Assembly (NCBI RefSeq): GCF_000299365.1
Contig: NC_018655.1
Location: 480,001-512,000, forward strand
Direction: 5' to 3'
From: Candidatus Nitrosopumilus koreensis AR1
GTDB taxonomy: Archaea > Thermoproteota > Nitrososphaeria > Nitrososphaerales > Nitrosopumilaceae
DNA: 32,000 bases
In this document: in pieces, positions 24,685-32,000 of the stretch
Layout: every line of letters begins with the position of its first letter
Numbering within the stretch: position 1 is the stretch's first letter
Notes under the pieces: generated by a model
Database searches by the model: none
The model's input: the letters and a program-made list of their open reading frames with translations, nothing else
What the model was told of the DNA's origin: nothing
Translations under genes and position numbers: made by a program

Positions 24685-25110
24685 CTAGTATGTTTTTGTC
24701 TTTCTAAGAAACAAAGTAACTGATGCCATGTAACAGCAAGTGGCAATTATTTCTGAAATCAGTGATGCTGCAAAAGGCTCTATTCCAATTTCTAGAAAAT
24801 AATAGAAAGTTGGCCATCTTATTACAAGATAGACTATCTCTCCAACCCCAAAAGAAGAAATCAGAGTAAATAATTCTCTCCTGATCATCTCTTTTCTCAT
24901 TGATTTAAAACGGTCTTTATTGTCCAAATAAAACAGTCCTGAAAAGATTACAAAATAAACAACATACCCAAAAATGATTGTGAATGTTGTATTGAGATAA
25001 TTATCATAATCTGATAACATTTGCGCAAATGCTGCAGAAAATAATGCTGAAACTACAAAACAAATCAGAAAATTCCTGTTAATTCTTAGTAGTTGTTGAT
25101 TTGACTTCAT
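24685..25110 (-). CDS. hypothetical membrane protein (about 4 TM)
   Basis: Four hydrophobic segments and no recognised motif. Its stop abuts the stop of the CBS gene. Confidence 0.5.
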   Translation of the reverse strand: MKSNQQLLRINRNFLICFVVSALFSAAFAQMLSDYDNYLNTTFTIIFGYVVYFVIFSGLFYLDNKDRFKSMRKEMIRRELFTLISSFGVGEIVYLVIRWPTFYYFLEIGIEPFAASLISEIIATCCYMASVTLFLRKTKTY

Positions 25111-25160
25111 ATTTTTTTTAAAATCTGATAACTAATATTTTGTTGGAGTCTAGAGTACTT

Positions 25161-25712
25161 ATGAAGAGGTGTGGGTGGGCAACTAAAGAGCCAAACATCA
25201 CTTATCATGATAAAGAATGGGGTAGGCCTCAACACAATGATCGAAAACTATTTGAGTTTCTGATATTGGAAGGTGCACAAGCTGGACTCTCATGGGAAAC
25301 TATCCTCAAACGTAGAGATGGCTACAAAAAGGCATTTTCTAATTTTGATGTTCTTAAAGTTTCAAAATATTCTCAAAAAAATGTATCAAAATTACTTAAA
25401 GATGAATCCATAATTCGAAACAAACTCAAAATTAACTCTGCAATAAACAATGCAAAACAGTTTCTCAAGATTCAAGAAGAGTTTGGCTCTTTTGACCGAT
25501 ATCTTTGGGATTTTGTAGATTACAAGCCTATCAAAAATAAATTCAAAAACTTGTCTGAACTTCCTGCATCTACTGAAATCTCTGAAAAACTAAGCAAAGA
25601 TCTCAAAAAACATGGATTTAGTTTTGTAGGTCCTACAATATGCTATGCTTTGATGCAGGCAATAGGCATGGTAAATGATCATACGCAAGACTGTTTTTTG
25701 TATCAAAAATAA
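25161..25712 (+). CDS. tag: DNA-3-methyladenine glycosylase I
   Basis: CGW...YHD.EWG.P..D...LFE.L.LEG.QAGLSW.TIL.KR blocks and the C-terminal H..DC zinc ligands. The ATG at 25161 is preferred over the TTG at 25140. Confidence 0.9.
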   Translation: MKRCGWATKEPNITYHDKEWGRPQHNDRKLFEFLILEGAQAGLSWETILKRRDGYKKAFSNFDVLKVSKYSQKNVSKLLKDESIIRNKLKINSAINNAKQFLKIQEEFGSFDRYLWDFVDYKPIKNKFKNLSELPASTEISEKLSKDLKKHGFSFVGPTICYALMQAIGMVNDHTQDCFLYQK

Positions 25713-25742
25713 TGATTTTTGGTATGTCTAAAATTGGCTAAT

Positions 25743-26048
25743 TTACATTGATTTCATTTTTTTAATTGCGTCTGAATAATAATTCAAAGGAACTATCTTG
25801 ATTGTACTTACTGATGAGATTCCTACTTCTATACAGAGTCTTTCAATATCGTGTGAGTTATCTGCATCTACTACAATTATCCATTCATGTTCTAACACGG
25901 ACATGTAAAATCCAATCAGTTTGGATATTTTGAATTCCTCCATTTTTGCTTCAATTTTTTCTTGAATTTGAACAAACATCTCTTTGCTGGTTTGATTGTT
26001 CAATGGACATGATTCCGGACTATGAACGGCAAAGACTCCAAATAACAT
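25743..26048 (-). CDS. hypothetical small alpha/beta protein (weak GYD-domain-like impression)
   Basis: 101-aa ORF with no firm motif. It is divergent from the transporter gene, with only 18 nt between the two start codons. Confidence 0.45.
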   Translation of the reverse strand: MLFGVFAVHSPESCPLNNQTSKEMFVQIQEKIEAKMEEFKISKLIGFYMSVLEHEWIIVVDADNSHDIERLCIEVGISSVSTIKIVPLNYYSDAIKKMKSM

Positions 26049-26066
26049 TGTCTTTTTTAGTATTGT

Positions 26067-27332
26067 GTGTCACTGAATTTAAATCATTTCACAAAAACCG
26101 CTGGGCCTGGAATTTTATTTGCTTGTACTGCAATTGGTGTGTCTCACCTTGTCCAATCAACTAGGGCTGGTGCAGATTACGGTTTGATGATTTTGGGTTT
26201 TGTTATTGTAGTTACTTTGCTGAAATACCCTTTCTTTGAATATGGTTCTCGATATGCAAATTCAACTCAAACTAGTATTGTTGATGGATACAAGAAACTT
26301 GGAACTCCTGCACTGTGGTTGTATTTTCTAATTACGGTTGCTTCTATGTTTTTTGTTACCGGTGCAGTAGGGTTTGTCACTGCCGGTTTTTTTGAGAATT
26401 TATTTGGACTTGACTTTCTAGGGGAATGGACAATAATTATTTTGTTTGTTGTATGTGTTGTAATACTTGCAATTGGGAAATACCGTATTCTTGATAGCTT
26501 GATTAAGATTATTGCAATAGTTTTACTCGTATCTACTGTCTCGGCATTTTTACTCACCTTGTATAATGGTCCTGTAGATCCTATAGCAGGATTTGAGCCA
26601 AAAGATCTTTGGGATGTGTCTGGAATTTTTTTCTTGCTGGCCCTGATGGGATGGATGCCGACTGCAGTTGATCTTTCTAGCTGGAATAGTTTGTGGACCT
26701 TGGAGAGAATAAAACAGACAAATTATAAACCAAAACTAAATGAAACACTCTTTGAATTCAGATTGGCATATCTGATTACGGGCATTCTTGCAATAATGTT
26801 TGTCGTACTAGGTGCATTCATTTTTTATGGTTCAGATGATGAATTGCCAAACAATAACGCTCTATTTGCAAATGAAATTGTCTCGTTGTATACTCAAACA
26901 ATAGGGGATTGGAGTTATGTCATTATTGCGGCATCTGCATTTACTGTAATGTTTGGAACAATAATTGCTGTATTTGATGGCTACTCTCGCTCTTTACAAC
27001 GAACCATAGAATTAATTTTTACAAAAAAAGAAGAAAAAATACGTTCAAAATTTCGAACTTTGTACGTTGTATTCTTACTTGTAATTTCTACCGGTTCTCT
27101 TATTGTAATATTTCAATTTGAAAATAATCTCAAAGAACTAGTTGATTTTGCCACTGTACTCTCATTTGTGATTGCGCCTATAATTGCAGTATTTAATTTC
27201 CGGCTAGTTACTGGTAAATTTCTGGACAAATCTTCTCAGCCATCTGCATTGCTGAAGATTCTCAGCTTTGCAGGAATAATTTTCCTAAGTGGCTTTGCAA
27301 TAGTGTTCTTGATAATGAATTTTTACTCATGA
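26067..27332 (+). CDS. NRAMP-related (LeuT-fold) cation transporter with a non-canonical TM1 site
   Basis: Eleven to twelve TM segments. GPGILFACTAIGVSHLVQSTRAGA aligns by eye to the NRAMP GP....V.YMDPGN....QAGA block, and MGWMP to the TM6 region. The start is a GTG. Ferritin lies immediately downstream. Confidence 0.7.
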   Translation: MSLNLNHFTKTAGPGILFACTAIGVSHLVQSTRAGADYGLMILGFVIVVTLLKYPFFEYGSRYANSTQTSIVDGYKKLGTPALWLYFLITVASMFFVTGAVGFVTAGFFENLFGLDFLGEWTIIILFVVCVVILAIGKYRILDSLIKIIAIVLLVSTVSAFLLTLYNGPVDPIAGFEPKDLWDVSGIFFLLALMGWMPTAVDLSSWNSLWTLERIKQTNYKPKLNETLFEFRLAYLITGILAIMFVVLGAFIFYGSDDELPNNNALFANEIVSLYTQTIGDWSYVIIAASAFTVMFGTIIAVFDGYSRSLQRTIELIFTKKEEKIRSKFRTLYVVFLLVISTGSLIVIFQFENNLKELVDFATVLSFVIAPIIAVFNFRLVTGKFLDKSSQPSALLKILSFAGIIFLSGFAIVFLIMNFYS

Positions 27333-27371
27333 TCCTTTAAATTTAGTAAGAAACAATGGTTACTGAAAACA

Positions 27372-27887
27372 ATGAAAATTTCTCCTAAAATGAAGAAAGC
27401 ACTAAATGATCAGATTGCTCTGGAATCTGTAGCATCTAATAGCTATCTGGCAATGGCTTCTTGGTGTGAGGTTACTGGGTATCAAGGTGGTGCAACATTC
27501 TTCTATGCTCAATCAGATGAAGAAAAAACTCACATGCTAAAAATAATCCATTACTTAAATGACATTGGAGCAATCGCAACCATTCCTGCAGTTAAGGAAC
27601 CAAAAAGTTCATACAAATCACTTGAAGAAGTAGTCAAAACTGCACTGAAAAATGAACAAGCTGTTACAAAAGCAATTCACAATATAGTTGAACTTGCACA
27701 TAAAGAAAAAGATCACTGTACCTATGCCTTTTTGGAATGGTTTGTAAACGAACAAGTTCAAGAAGAGACAAAATTTGAAACAATCTTGCAAAAGTTTGAT
27801 CTTCTTGGTAGAGATAAACTAGGAATTAATGAAGTTGACAAATTTTTAGCTTCTGAATCTGGTGATTCGTCTTCACCTGCAGCCTAA
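27372..27887 (+). CDS. ftn: ferritin (non-haem, Ftn type)
   Basis: LNDQIALESVASNSYLAMASW, SDEEKTHMLKIIHYL and FLEWFVNEQVQEE ferroxidase-centre blocks. Confidence 0.9.
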   Translation: MKISPKMKKALNDQIALESVASNSYLAMASWCEVTGYQGGATFFYAQSDEEKTHMLKIIHYLNDIGAIATIPAVKEPKSSYKSLEEVVKTALKNEQAVTKAIHNIVELAHKEKDHCTYAFLEWFVNEQVQEETKFETILQKFDLLGRDKLGINEVDKFLASESGDSSSPAA

Positions 27888-27931
27888 ATTTTTTCTAAAA
27901 TAATTAATACTGCATTATTTGCTATTCCTTC

Positions 27932-28264
27932 ATGACAGTAACTGTTACTAGAAAACCTGGAGGAATAACACAATTATTCAATACTGATACAGGTCGCGTA
28001 ACTTACAAGTGCAAAGCAGATTCTGCATACATGTTAATTGAGGCATTTGGTGGAATTGTAAAGTTTAATCAAAAAAATGCAATGGCTACAGTTACTGGAC
28101 ATGTAACATCTTTGGAATCTTGTGATGTTCTAAAGAATGGACATCCAGAATACAAGGATGCATTAACTGCAATAATTACAGCACACAAAGAATTTGCAAA
28201 AAGTGTTTCAGATTCTTATCAAAAAGAAATTACAGAACTTGAAAACAAATTATCTGGTATCTAG
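27932..28264 (+). CDS. hypothetical protein
   Basis: 110-aa ORF with no recognised motif, 44 nt downstream of ferritin. Confidence 0.45.
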   Translation: MTVTVTRKPGGITQLFNTDTGRVTYKCKADSAYMLIEAFGGIVKFNQKNAMATVTGHVTSLESCDVLKNGHPEYKDALTAIITAHKEFAKSVSDSYQKEITELENKLSGI

Positions 28265-28371
28265 AATTTGCATTTTTCACATTTACAACCTTTAACCAAA
28301 CACTTTCCATTTCCATCCATGTGGATTGAATTATCATGGTAGCATCCAATCTTATCATTACCACATTTCAT
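28261..28371 (-). CDS. candidate 36-aa Cys-rich micro-protein (6 Cys, 2 His; C-terminal CKCEKC)
   Basis: A codon-by-codon hand translation gives MKCGNDKIGCYHDNSIHMDGNGKCLVKGCKCEKCKF*. It has an ATG start, and its stop overlaps the stop of the convergent 110-aa ORF. Confidence 0.4.
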   Translation of the reverse strand: MKCGNDKIGCYHDNSIHMDGNGKCLVKGCKCEKCKF

Positions 28372-28391
28372 TTTAGTTCTCCATTCTAGAA

Positions 28392-28502
28392 TTACTTTTT
28401 TGGTTCATCATGCTCTTTGCCAATATGGGTGGCAAGATTAATTACACTGTTGCCGAAATCTTTCCCACAAAATTTGCATTGGAAATTATATTCATTTGGC
28501 AA
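28392..28502 (-). CDS. candidate 36-aa stand-alone C2H2 zinc finger
   Basis: Hand translation from a TTG start gives (M)PNEYNFQCKFCGKDFGNSVINLATHIGKEHDEPKK*. The pattern is near-canonical: Y-x-F-x-C-x2-C-x3-F-x6-L-x2-H-x4-H. Confidence 0.45.
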   Translation of the reverse strand: MPNEYNFQCKFCGKDFGNSVINLATHIGKEHDEPKK

Positions 28503-28554
28503 GACTAATCCTTGAAAATAATATTATTAAAAAATTTCCTGATTTTTGGTTGAT

Positions 28555-28728
28555 TTATCCATAAATCATACAATGTTCGCATTCACAAACATCTTGTTTC
28601 TTTGCTTTTTTCAAACAATTTCTATGTTGTCCTGCTTGACATTGTACACAAATCTCATCAATATTATCAACATTGGTATACTTCTTTGATTGATCAAATC
28701 CAAAACCTCCGTCTCGTGGACCTACCAT
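28555..28728 (-). CDS. candidate 57-aa Cys-rich micro-protein (CxxC...H..C...CECEHC)
   Basis: Hand translation gives MVGPRDGGFGFDQSKKYTNVDNIDEICVQCQAGQHRNCLKKAKKQDVCECEHCMIYG*. It has an ATG start and shares the C-terminal CxCExC motif with the ORF at 28261-28371. Confidence 0.45.
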   Translation of the reverse strand: MVGPRDGGFGFDQSKKYTNVDNIDEICVQCQAGQHRNCLKKAKKQDVCECEHCMIYG

Positions 28729-28759
28729 GATTTTGAATATGTGATGTAGTATTTCTAGT

Positions 28760-29062
28760 TCACTGTTTTATGGCAGATTTTATTGTATTGTACATTTCAT
28801 TTTTGTGTTCTTCAATAATTCCTCTTATCTCAAATGAATCGACATATCCTCCCGCTGATGCTCTGGTTGCTTTAAGTAAATAATGTAATGCACCTTCTTC
28901 AATTTTTCCAACATAATATCCATACAGAAAGTCTATTTCATTTTCACACTTCCAAATTTTTTTAATATTTGGAAATGTTTGTTTTATTTCTGTATCTATT
29001 TCTAAAATTCTATTTTTTATGTATTGGTCAAGTGATTTTCTTATTGTAGAATTTTGAAGCAA
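28760..29062 (-). CDS. hypothetical protein
   Basis: 100-aa ORF with no recognised motif, on the same strand as and directly upstream of the three micro-ORFs. Confidence 0.45.
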   Translation of the reverse strand: MLQNSTIRKSLDQYIKNRILEIDTEIKQTFPNIKKIWKCENEIDFLYGYYVGKIEEGALHYLLKATRASAGGYVDSFEIRGIIEEHKNEMYNTIKSAIKQ

Positions 29063-29088
29063 TTGTACATTGTTTAGAATACTTGTTT

Positions 29089-29232
29089 TTAGTCCTTTTT
29101 CTTATCTTTTGCATCATCTGGGTTGTCCCACATGTGCATGGTTCCTCTGATCATAAATGAGCCTACAATAATAGCTACCAATCCTCCAACAATGAATACA
29201 AAAAATCTCCCCACATCTTTTATGCTTGCCAA
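29089..29232 (-). CDS. candidate 47-aa single-TM micro-protein
   Basis: (M)ASIKDVGRFFVFIVGGLVAIIVGSFMIRGTMHMWDNPDDAKDKKKD*. It has only a TTG start and no other support. Confidence 0.2.
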   Translation of the reverse strand: MASIKDVGRFFVFIVGGLVAIIVGSFMIRGTMHMWDNPDDAKDKKKD

Positions 29233-29292
29233 TGATGGTTAATTGCTTTCATTCTAATTATAATTGTCTGAGCGATTTGATTAGATTCAATA

Positions 29293-29415
29293 ATGAGATT
29301 GAATAATTTGTTTCATATGTCTAGGATTAAACAAATTGCCATTTGGATTGGAATTATCGGTGGGGGAATAGGATTCTTCTTCTTTTCTATAGAAGCTGCT
29401 GAATTTATGCGATAA
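29293..29415 (+). CDS. candidate 40-aa single-TM micro-protein
   Basis: MRLNNLFHMSRIKQIAIWIGIIGGGIGFFFFSIEAAEFMR*. It has an ATG start and no other support. Confidence 0.2.
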   Translation: MRLNNLFHMSRIKQIAIWIGIIGGGIGFFFFSIEAAEFMR

Positions 29416-29455
29416 TTATCAAAAATTAATTACGTTGTAATAATTTCTAGAATTA

Positions 29456-29902
29456 TTGCCTGGAATTACTGAGGAAATTAAGAATTTTTTAGATTTACAA
29501 AAGTTAGGTTATGTTGCAACAGTTTCTTCTGATGGCACACCAAATCTTTCGCCCAAAGGCACCATAATCGGATGGTCCAAACATCAATTGGCATTTGCAG
29601 ATATTAGGTCCCCTGATACTGTGAAAAATTTGAAAACCAATCCGAATGTGGAAATAAATGTAATTGATCCGTTATTACGAAAAGGGTTTTTGTTTAAGGG
29701 TGTGGCCAAAATTATAAAAGATGTTCCTCCTTACGATGATATTTTAAAATATTATCGCAATAATGGTATCAAGAGTCCAATTGACTCAATCATACTCGTT
29801 GATGTTGTTAATGTCTCAGAGGTCACATCTCCTTTATATGATCTAGGAATAGGTGAAGAAGAAATTAAATCAAAATGGAAAAAACATTTTGATAATTTAT
29901 GA
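29456..29902 (+). CDS. pyridoxamine 5'-phosphate oxidase-like FMN-binding split-barrel protein
   Basis: The N-terminal pattern ...FLDLQKLGYVATVSSDGTPNLSPKG... is typical of the PNPOx-like family. 148 aa with a TTG start. Confidence 0.6.
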   Translation: MPGITEEIKNFLDLQKLGYVATVSSDGTPNLSPKGTIIGWSKHQLAFADIRSPDTVKNLKTNPNVEINVIDPLLRKGFLFKGVAKIIKDVPPYDDILKYYRNNGIKSPIDSIILVDVVNVSEVTSPLYDLGIGEEEIKSKWKKHFDNL

Positions 29903-30655
29903 TTCTTGTTTTTCTGATTTGAGCTTCTCTAACTCTTTTTTTGTTTCTTCGTGTTCTTCTCTTTCTTTTTCTAAAAGTGACTGAATTGCCTCTAATTCCT
30001 TTTGTGTCATGCTAAGTTTTGATTTTAATGAGCCTACAACAGCACTTGCTGCTTCGATTATTCCTGCTGAACTTTTGTTATTACCTTGAATGAATTCTTT
30101 TTCTTTTGGCGTAAGGATACTGGTATCTTGAAATTGATCTTTTTTATCAAGTTCTTCTTTTGCATTGTACAACCGTGAATTTGCTTCGTCTAGTTCTTTT
30201 TCTGCATCGATTTGCTGTTTTCTAATTTGCAATAATGTTGATTGTTCTGTTGCAATTTTCACTTTAGTTTCTTCATATTCTTTTGTAATTTTTTCTAACT
30301 CTTGTTTTATCTTTGATAGATTCTCTTGTGTTTTTCCAAACTCTTTAAATGATTTTGAATCTTTAATTTCCTCTGATTTTTTTATCTTTTCCTTAATTTC
30401 TTTGTGTTCACGAATAACTATGTCTAATTCCATTTTTTTCTGATTGAGTTCTTTTTTTACTAACATCAAACTACTTACTGATGTTTCGTATTCCTCTTTG
30501 ACTGATTCTACTTTTTTTTGAATATTGTCTAATTCTTCTTGTTTTGTTCTAAATTCTTTTTGTAGATTTTCTACCTCTGCCTCTAATTCTTCTTTTAGAA
30601 CATACTCGTCACTGTTTTCTGATACCGTATCCTCTTTTTTACTAAAAAATTTCAT
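29897..30655 (-). CDS. hypothetical long coiled-coil protein (K/E-rich)
   Basis: 252 aa that is almost entirely heptad-like charged sequence, with no enzymatic motif. Confidence 0.55.
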   Translation of the reverse strand: MKFFSKKEDTVSENSDEYVLKEELEAEVENLQKEFRTKQEELDNIQKKVESVKEEYETSVSSLMLVKKELNQKKMELDIVIREHKEIKEKIKKSEEIKDSKSFKEFGKTQENLSKIKQELEKITKEYEETKVKIATEQSTLLQIRKQQIDAEKELDEANSRLYNAKEELDKKDQFQDTSILTPKEKEFIQGNNKSSAGIIEAASAVVGSLKSKLSMTQKELEAIQSLLEKEREEHEETKKELEKLKSEKQES

Positions 30656-30694
30656 TTCATATCTCCACGTTTTCTCTAAAAGATGAATCTTTCT

Positions 30695-30895
30695 TTATTG
30701 TTGTTTTGTTCTATGTCTCAAAAATTTGAGGTAAAATCCCAGTCCGCCAATTGCTAGACCTGCTATCCATGTTACTATGCTCAAACTTTTTGGAACTATT
30801 GCTTCTTGTGGGCCTATAATTAACAATAATGCACCTAAAATGATCAAAGCAAATCCTCCACTGTTTTTTGATTTGTTGTGCTCAGAATGAACCAT
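30695..30895 (-). CDS. hypothetical small membrane protein (2 TM)
   Basis: 66 aa with two hydrophobic segments. It starts 3 nt after the lysyl-tRNA synthetase stop. Confidence 0.5.
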   Translation of the reverse strand: MVHSEHNKSKNSGGFALIILGALLLIIGPQEAIVPKSLSIVTWIAGLAIGGLGFYLKFLRHRTKQQ

Positions 30896-30898
30896 TTT

Positions 30899-32000
30899 CT
30901 ATGTGTACTCTGATAGTTTCTTTGCTACTTGCTTTCTTCCTATATCTGAAATGAAAGGTCCAATTTTGGGTCCTCTGGATGTTCCTAGGATAATCTGATA
31001 CAATATTTTAAAGAAATCTTTTGGTTGGACATCATTTGCTTTTGCAATTTGATAAATTGTATTTTGAATATCTTCAGGTTCTTCATCTGCTCCAAGTGTA
31101 TCTGCTAGAATTTTTAATGCTTTTTTTGCAGTTTCATCTAAATCAATTTGAGTTTTTTCTTGCTCATCAAATTCATCTGAATAGTTTCCTGCAAGTTCAA
31201 TGAGTTTCTCGATTTCTGGTTCAGGATTTTTTATTACTCCATAATCAAGTAATTTTTTCATCACTCTTTCATTTCTGTTTTCTTTGAATATTTTTGCTAA
31301 TTCAATTAACAGTCTGTAATTTACATGTGTACTTGCTTGTTTTGGTGGATTTAGAAGATTAACATATTCGTAAAGTCCTTTTGATTTTACAAGTTTTGCT
31401 TTGTTGTCTATTTTGACTCTTCCAAAGTTTATGTCTTCTAGTTCATTGTATTCATTCATTAATGATGGTATGTCTTCTAATCCTAATTCTCGAGCTCCTG
31501 TAATTCTCTTGTAAAGTAATAACAAAATTGATTTTGGGCTTCCAAATTCTAACCATCTTTGTGCAGTCAATACGTTTCCTAATGATTTTGAAATCTTTTT
31601 TCCTCCTTTGTCTAGGAACATTTCATATTTCACGTGATGAGGATGTGGGAAATCTAAAATTTCATCAGCTACCCAATCATTTACTTTAACCGAATCCATG
31701 ATGTCTTTTCCATATGCTTCAAATCTAATATCAAATGCTGCCCATCTTGCAGCAAATTCCACTTTCCATGCTAATTTCCCAAGGTCTTTTGCAATGTCTG
31801 CTTCTCCTTCGTGGCCACAGCCTTTGATCATTTTTGAGCCTATTTCTGCGTCATGACATCTGTACTTGACTTTTTTTTCATCTATGATGTATTCTGTTGC
31901 TTCTGCAGTATAGAGGCGATTACAGTTTGCACATACTGGAAAATATGGCAAGTATTTTTGATATTTTTCTTGTCCTACTAGTTCTGAAATTTTTTCACCA
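30899..32000 (-). CDS. lysK: lysyl-tRNA synthetase, class I (partial; N-terminus lies beyond the window edge)
   Basis: KISKSLGN (KMSKS-type) motif and class I LysRS-like C-terminal anticodon-binding region. The frame stays open from 31951 to 32000, so the TTG start in the ORF track is internal. Confidence 0.85.
   Translation of the reverse strand, partial: GEKISELVGQEKYQKYLPYFPVCANCNRLYTAEATEYIIDEKKVKYRCHDAEIGSKMIKGCGHEGEADIAKDLGKLAWKVEFAARWAAFDIRFEAYGKDIMDSVKVNDWVADEILDFPHPHHVKYEMFLDKGGKKISKSLGNVLTAQRWLEFGSPKSILLLLYKRITGARELGLEDIPSLMNEYNELEDINFGRVKIDNKAKLVKSKGLYEYVNLLNPPKQASTHVNYRLLIELAKIFKENRNERVMKKLLDYGVIKNPEPEIEKLIELAGNYSDEFDEQEKTQIDLDETAKKALKILADTLGADEEPEDIQNTIYQIAKANDVQPKDFFKILYQIILGTSRGPKIGPFISDIGRKQVAKKLSEYT

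Noticed and set aside
1-32000. CRISPR arrays, transposases/IS elements, integrases, restriction-modification, toxin-antitoxin or other defence systems
   Set aside because: I found no regularly spaced direct repeats and no ORF with DDE/recombinase, nuclease-helicase or other defence-associated motifs. The only tandem repeats lie within coding sequence (17485-17544, 17792-17821, 24050-24133).

Overview
This is an AT-rich (roughly one-third G+C by eye) archaeal chromosomal segment. It is most consistent with a Nitrosopumilus-like ammonia-oxidising thaumarchaeon. Supporting evidence: archaeal-type shikimate entry enzymes (AroA' ADH synthase, AroB' DHQ synthase II), a GHMP-type shikimate kinase, a ThiDN fusion, a class I LysRS, and TATA-like boxes about 25-30 nt upstream of start codons, which suggests leaderless mRNAs. 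The taxon call is inference. Contents in order: a GNA1-like acetyltransferase plus a sugar nucleotidyltransferase; thiamine genes (thiDN, thiC); a pathway-ordered minus-strand aromatic amino acid cluster (aroA'-aroB'-aroD-aroE-aroK-aroA, a gap, then aroC, a chorismate mutase/aminotransferase fusion, tyrA and a Nudix gene); futalosine-type menaquinone genes (radical SAM MqnC/E-like, UbiD-like); bcp; an aquaporin; tRNA-Arg(GCG); a gene-poor stretch of micro-ORFs and hairpins; a secreted acidic protein; a CBS protein; tag; an NRAMP-related transporter plus ferritin; a run of unannotated Cys-rich micro-proteins; a PNPOx-like protein; a coiled-coil protein; and a partial class I lysyl-tRNA synthetase. 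I see no CRISPR array, transposase, integrase or recognisable defence or toxin system, so the window is mostly core metabolism. The observations most worth follow-up are: (1) a GC-rich structured RNA candidate with promoter/terminator geometry on the strand opposite the shikimate cluster (about 8525-8634); (2) three tandem sub-60-aa Cys-rich/C2H2 micro-proteins next to the metal transporter and ferritin (28261-28728); (3) a recurring CxxC...FCSxxC mini zinc-finger family; (4) a repeat protein gene with an apparent +1 frameshift; (5) a eukaryote-like GNA1 homologue. All homology calls are by-eye motif recognition; no searches were run.
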